From positions 580,203 to 644,202 of the forward strand of contig NW_003314287.1 in NCBI RefSeq assembly GCF_000143415.4: a stretch of DNA of 64,000 bases. The letters are read 5' to 3'. The stretch's first letter is position 1. The number at the start of each line of letters is the position of its first letter. The DNA comes from Selaginella moellendorffii (lineage: Eukaryota > Plantae > Lycopodiophyta). The notes below the pieces were generated by a model. It was not told the DNA's origin. It did no database searches and was given only the letters and a program-made list of their open reading frames with translations. Position numbers and translations under genes: made by a program. Of this stretch, positions 59,651-64,000 are shown piece after piece.

Positions 59651-61265
59651 CTGGGAGCTCACCGCCGCCATTCTGTTGCAGCCCTTGAAGCAAGACAAGT
59701 GTGCGCTGCTGCTCCCGAATCAAAACCTCGTCTTGCACAACTTTGGATTCGAGGTAGATCTCCCGCCCAGGTGGAAGCGGCTCCGACTCCAACTCGATGA
59801 GAGGGATGATCACAGCTCGTCGCAGAGGCGCCTCCTGGCCGTGCCTCCTCGTGGGCTGCTGGTTCTCTACTGCAACACTGTCCAAGGCGAGGCGGGAGAT
59901 CGTCACTCCCTTCTCTGCTACAACCTTGATCCGGAGCAGCAGCATCAAGCTTCCGTTTTGGAGCTTCCAGCAGAGTATGACGGCGGTGGCGTCCAAGCCT
60001 GCCAAGTCGTGCATCCCAGCAAGGATGTTGAGTGGTATCATCTCGTCATCTTGCGCGCTCCCGCTCATGGAATACGGTGAGCGAGTGGCATCGCGACGTT
60101 CGCATCCGAGACAGTGCCGACGCCATCCATATCCCGGGGAAGTCGATCGCGCATGTGTTGCTGCCTCCGGAGCTCCATTGTCAGCAGCCTCAGACGATCC
60201 AGGCCCAACATTCGACCTTCTTGTTTCTTGTTGCCGCAATCGGCAAAGCCACAGGTAAAAAACCCTTTTTTATTTTGCTTGAGTGATTGGCCATGGCTAA
60301 TCTTTGCCGGCGATTATCTCTGGAGGAGAAGCCCAGACTTGGATGCTGGAAATGGTGTGAGCTACTTCAGTTCTCAAAGCTTTTCTTTCCATTCTTTCTC
60401 ACAATGTTTGTGAACAAGCGTGCCAACATTTAGTACTGCCGGAGATCCGGTGCCTGGGAGTCACGGGCTCCCTGGCCGTTTTTGTCGACTCCAAGCATCG
60501 CTTGCTCTCGTGCTTGGTCGATCCGTGGAGCTGATATATCAACAGCAGTTCCGTCAAGAGCTGGAACTTGGATGGCAACATAATCAATATAGTCTCTCCA
60601 TGATTCACTAGCACATATAGATCAACATTTTTAGGCGAAGTTAACTTTCCAGAACTGTCAATACTTTTTCTTCGTTTGTTTGTCATAACAAGCCAACATT
60701 TTGTGGTCAGTGCTTTCTCTATAATGTACCAGGATCAAGACACCGGGAGGCCGTGAAGCTTGCGCCTCTGGACTACGACATGCCACTTGAGGATAGTTTC
60801 CTTCACAAATCCTTTAGTAGGATCCATCCTCAATTCGAATAGCTTGCAGTTGTTACAAACAAGGATTTTGCTGTCGCCACAAAGGATCGAAGCTCCATGA
60901 CGAACTCGCCCATTACCATCAAATTTAGGATGGTTAGAACAAGTAAGGATAATCTCCCAACACCGGGTATAATTTATAACTCTCCAGATTCCCTTGCAAG
61001 TATACATATTGTTATCCTTGATAACTACACCATAGTGATAAGAGGCAATGTAACCTTATTCCACAAATTATCGGGCTCCAATATTATACCGATCCAGTCG
61101 CTTTTTAGACAAGTCCATCCCCATTGCAGTGTTCTCTCCCAACAAAGTGCTGGGAGAATCTTAGACTCTGCAATGAGAGGATTCCAGCCCAATTCCAGAC
61201 TAAAAGATCTCCTTTTATCCCAAATAACAAGCTACTGCTCGAGTTTAGAACATAAATCCATGTAA
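59651..61265 (+). pseudogene. 5'-truncated gene remnant, possibly an F-box-associated domain
   Basis: Coding-like GC-rich segment starting exactly at the MITE end (GLLVLY..LLCYNL..LELP); later exons contain an in-frame stop and the near-terminal motif MRGFQPN. Confidence 0.4.
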
Positions 61266-61595
61266 CAGGTTGGCATGCTTCTTGTCCATAATCTAGACCC
61301 GAGGACTATGATTCAAGTGGTGTGTGTAGTGAAGGGTGACATATTTAAAAGGAAAATGTCCTAAACCCTAAGATGGTTCGCTAAATATCCGACGGCTACG
61401 ATGAATTTCCTACATGATGCAATAGGGTTTTAACGTGCGGCCAAGATTTTTGAAATTGAGAATGTCCAAGCGATGGACGGCCAGGATCCAGAAGGTGCAG
61501 ATAAATATCTCTAGGGGTTTAGGGTGTTTGAGGGGAAGGGTTTTGGCGATCGATTCTTTCTTATCGGGGGCGCTCCATCTCGAGTTTCAGCGGCG

Positions 61596-62810
61596 ATGCA
61601 GGCCGGGGTCGTGAAATGCAAGGTCTTCCCTCGCTTGGCGCAGGCGTCGCAGCTGTTGGAGAGGAATGCCGGCCTTGCATCGCTCTACAAGCGAGCGTCG
61701 GGCATTCACACGACGCCGACGGTGGAGGTAGCGCAGCCGACGAGGATCAGCTGCGCAATGGGTGGGCCGCGATCTATGGATAGGCCCCGCCGTCGCCCAA
61801 ATTTCGATAGGCCGGGGGATACTCCCCCGACTCCACCGCCGCCGCCGCCGCCAGAGCCTCTGAGCGGCCAGGTCAAGTACAGGATCTCGGAGAACTGCGT
61901 CATGGCGATCTGGAAGGGCGACATTGCCTTGTGGCACGTCGATGGACAAAACGATTGCATTGTAAGGCTTTTTTTTTTCTTGTCTCGTTTTCGTGATGGT
62001 TCTTATGTCTTCTTTTGTTTTCCAGGTTGCTCCTGCGAACAAGCGATGCAATGCCGGATTTGGAGTCGATGGAGGTGAGTTTTGATCGGTTTTTCACCAT
62101 TCTAAGGAAGCTCTTTTCTTTTGTTGTTGTTCTAGCTATTCACCGTGGAGGAGGACCACGTCTTCTGGATGCTTGCCAGAAGCTCCCGGACGTAGCACCG
62201 CAAGGCATCAAATGCGAGGTTGGGAATGCTGTGATCACAAGGTGGGTGTAGCAAGGCCTTCTCTCGGGATTCGTTGTCTTATGTTTGTTTCGTGGTTGCC
62301 AGGGGATTCAATCTTCCTGCTTCTCGTGTGATTCACGCGATTGGTCCCGTCTACGAGGACAAGAACCGAGACGAGTCGGAGAGAAACCTCACCAATGCAT
62401 ACAAGTAAGGCTCTTTGATCAGAAAAAAAATGTTTTTAATCTCTCGGTGGTTATAGGAGTGCTATCGCGTTAGCTCTCAAGGAAAGCATCAGATTCATGG
62501 CGTTCCCTGCGCTCTCCTGTGAACTCTACGGGTAATTCTCGTCTTTCTAAGAGTTTCGAGTCCAAAAAATCGTCTTTTTTTCCAGATATCCTTACGACGA
62601 GGGAGCCGAAGTTGCATTGAACGCTGTGATAAAAAACCACCATGGATTGTCTGAGGTATATGAAGTTTGAGCTAGAACCTTTTTTCATTTTTCTTTTCTT
62701 TTTGTTCTCTCCAGGTCCATTTCATTATCAAGGCACAGGATGGATACGATTCCTGGATCGACGAGGCCAAGAGGATGTTTAGACACCAGCCACAGGCACT
62801 GATGCAGTAG
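61596..62810 (+). CDS. Divergent macrodomain protein with putative plastid transit peptide, 7 exons
   Basis: Spliced: IWKGDIALWHVDGQNDCI|VAPANKRCNAGFGVDG|AIHRGGGPRLLDAC..AVITR|GFNLPASRVIHAIGPVY..|..AFPALSCELYG|YPYDEGAEVAL..|VHFII..QALMQ*. Confidence 0.9.
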
Positions 62811-63199
62811 CAGCAAAGTTGCGAGAGCTCTATTCCTCTTAACACAGTCTGTAGCTAGAAACTACGTTAAATTTCAATCTGGAAAATGTGTGCCGATCCA
62901 ACGGCTGTGGCTCGCTCTCTACTTTGTATCCATCGGATGCCATTGCCTAGTTGTTATACGGCGGAATATCCAGATGAAGCAGGATATTTGAAAGAGAGCT
63001 CGAGGACGCAAAGCGCTAGGGCAGCGCAAAGGCGCAGGCGCGCGAGGCGTTGGAGGTCAGTCATTTCTTCTGCGCTTGGATGTAGATTCGTTAGCGCGCT
63101 TTCATCCGGGCCGGAAATCTCCCAGGGTTTTGGGTTTTGGCTGGAAATCTCGCATTCTTCTCGCCCTGTTCCTTTCTAGGATTTCTTCCGGCACTCACA

Positions 63200-64000
63200 A
63201 TGGCCGCATTCTTGTGTGAAACAATCGCAGGGAAGATGGGGGCCGTGGGAGTGGTCCAAGCTTCGCAGTTCTTGGGCGCGGTGAAATCGCCGCCAGGTCT
63301 ATCATCGCTAACGCAACACACCCAGCTCGTTGGGTCGAGCATTCGCAGGAAGAACAGCATCCACACGCAGCCATCGCTTCACATCAATTGCGCCATGGGC
63401 GGGCCTCGCTCGGCGGGAATGGATCGGCCTCGCAGGAGACCAAACTTCGATCGTCCCAGTGGAGAGAAGCCCGTTCCTCCGCCGCCACCCCCGCCAGAGC
63501 CCCTCACTGGGGCGGTCAAGTATAAGCTCTCGGATACGTGCACCATGGTGATTTGGAAGGGCGACTTGGGACTGTGGTATATCGATGGACAAAACGATGC
63601 TGTGGTAAGCAAAGCTTTCGCGTCTAGGCTTTTCTTTTCTCGCTCTTTTTTCTCTCGAAGAAGTCTGAAGTTCATGTTCGTTATTTTTTCTTCTTCGTTT
63701 TCCTAGGTGGCTCCTGCGAACAAAAGATGCAATGCCGGATATGGTGTCGATGGAAGTAAGCTTTGATGCGCTTTAAAAGCCAGGAAAACATCGAGCTAAA
63801 AGTTTCTAAATGGCAGCTATCCATCGCTTTGCGGGTCCGAGGTTGCTTGATACTTGCCAGAAGTTGCCCGACGTAGCACCTCAAGGGATCAAGTGCGAGG
63901 TCGGTCAGGCTGTGATCACAAGGTAAAGCTCTCTCTTTTTGATCTTAGAGTCTTGTCCACTTCATTCTTCCTTTCTTGCAGGGGTTTTAATCTCCAGGCG
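63200..64000 (+). CDS. Tandem paralog of the divergent macrodomain protein (runs off the window end)
   Basis: Ser/Ala-rich transit-like N-terminus; INCAMGGPRS..DRPRRRPNFDRP, poly-Pro, IWKGDLGLWYIDGQNDAV|VAPANKRCNAGYGVDG; same intron positions. Confidence 0.9.

Overview
Gene-dense plant nuclear DNA, most likely the lycophyte Selaginella. This is an inference from the ~55-nt introns, many intronless PLS-class PPR genes with SS-repeat arrays, and very short intergenic spacers. Protein-coding content: a secreted AT-rich B-lectin fusion ORF, four PPR RNA-editing factors (one DYW), a dirigent protein, two paralogous CYP71-clan P450s, a GH17 beta-1,3-glucanase, a Sec14-nodulin (SFH) gene, a coiled-coil protein, a two-B3-domain REM-like gene, U1-70K, and three macrodomain genes. 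Mobile content: a full-length Ty3/Gypsy element (174-bp LTRs, 4-bp TSD, tRNA-Ala PBS) plus a truncated copy; a non-autonomous LARD-like family with satellite-containing ~1.7-kb LTRs (a solo LTR, and a young copy nested in an old copy); a large inverted repeat; and a hAT-like MITE. Most notable: (1) a 42-bp miRNA-like hairpin formed by inverted duplication inside a macrodomain pseudogene and complementary to the neighbouring intact macrodomain mRNA; (2) two probably plastid-targeted macrodomain paralogs with remodelled ADP-ribose-binding loops; (3) a G GGA AAC slippery site plus H-type pseudoknot, i.e. a -1 frameshift signal, at the Gypsy gag-pol junction; (4) a candidate autoregulatory poison-splicing cassette in a U1-70K intron; (5) the orphan-domain/B-lectin secreted protein.
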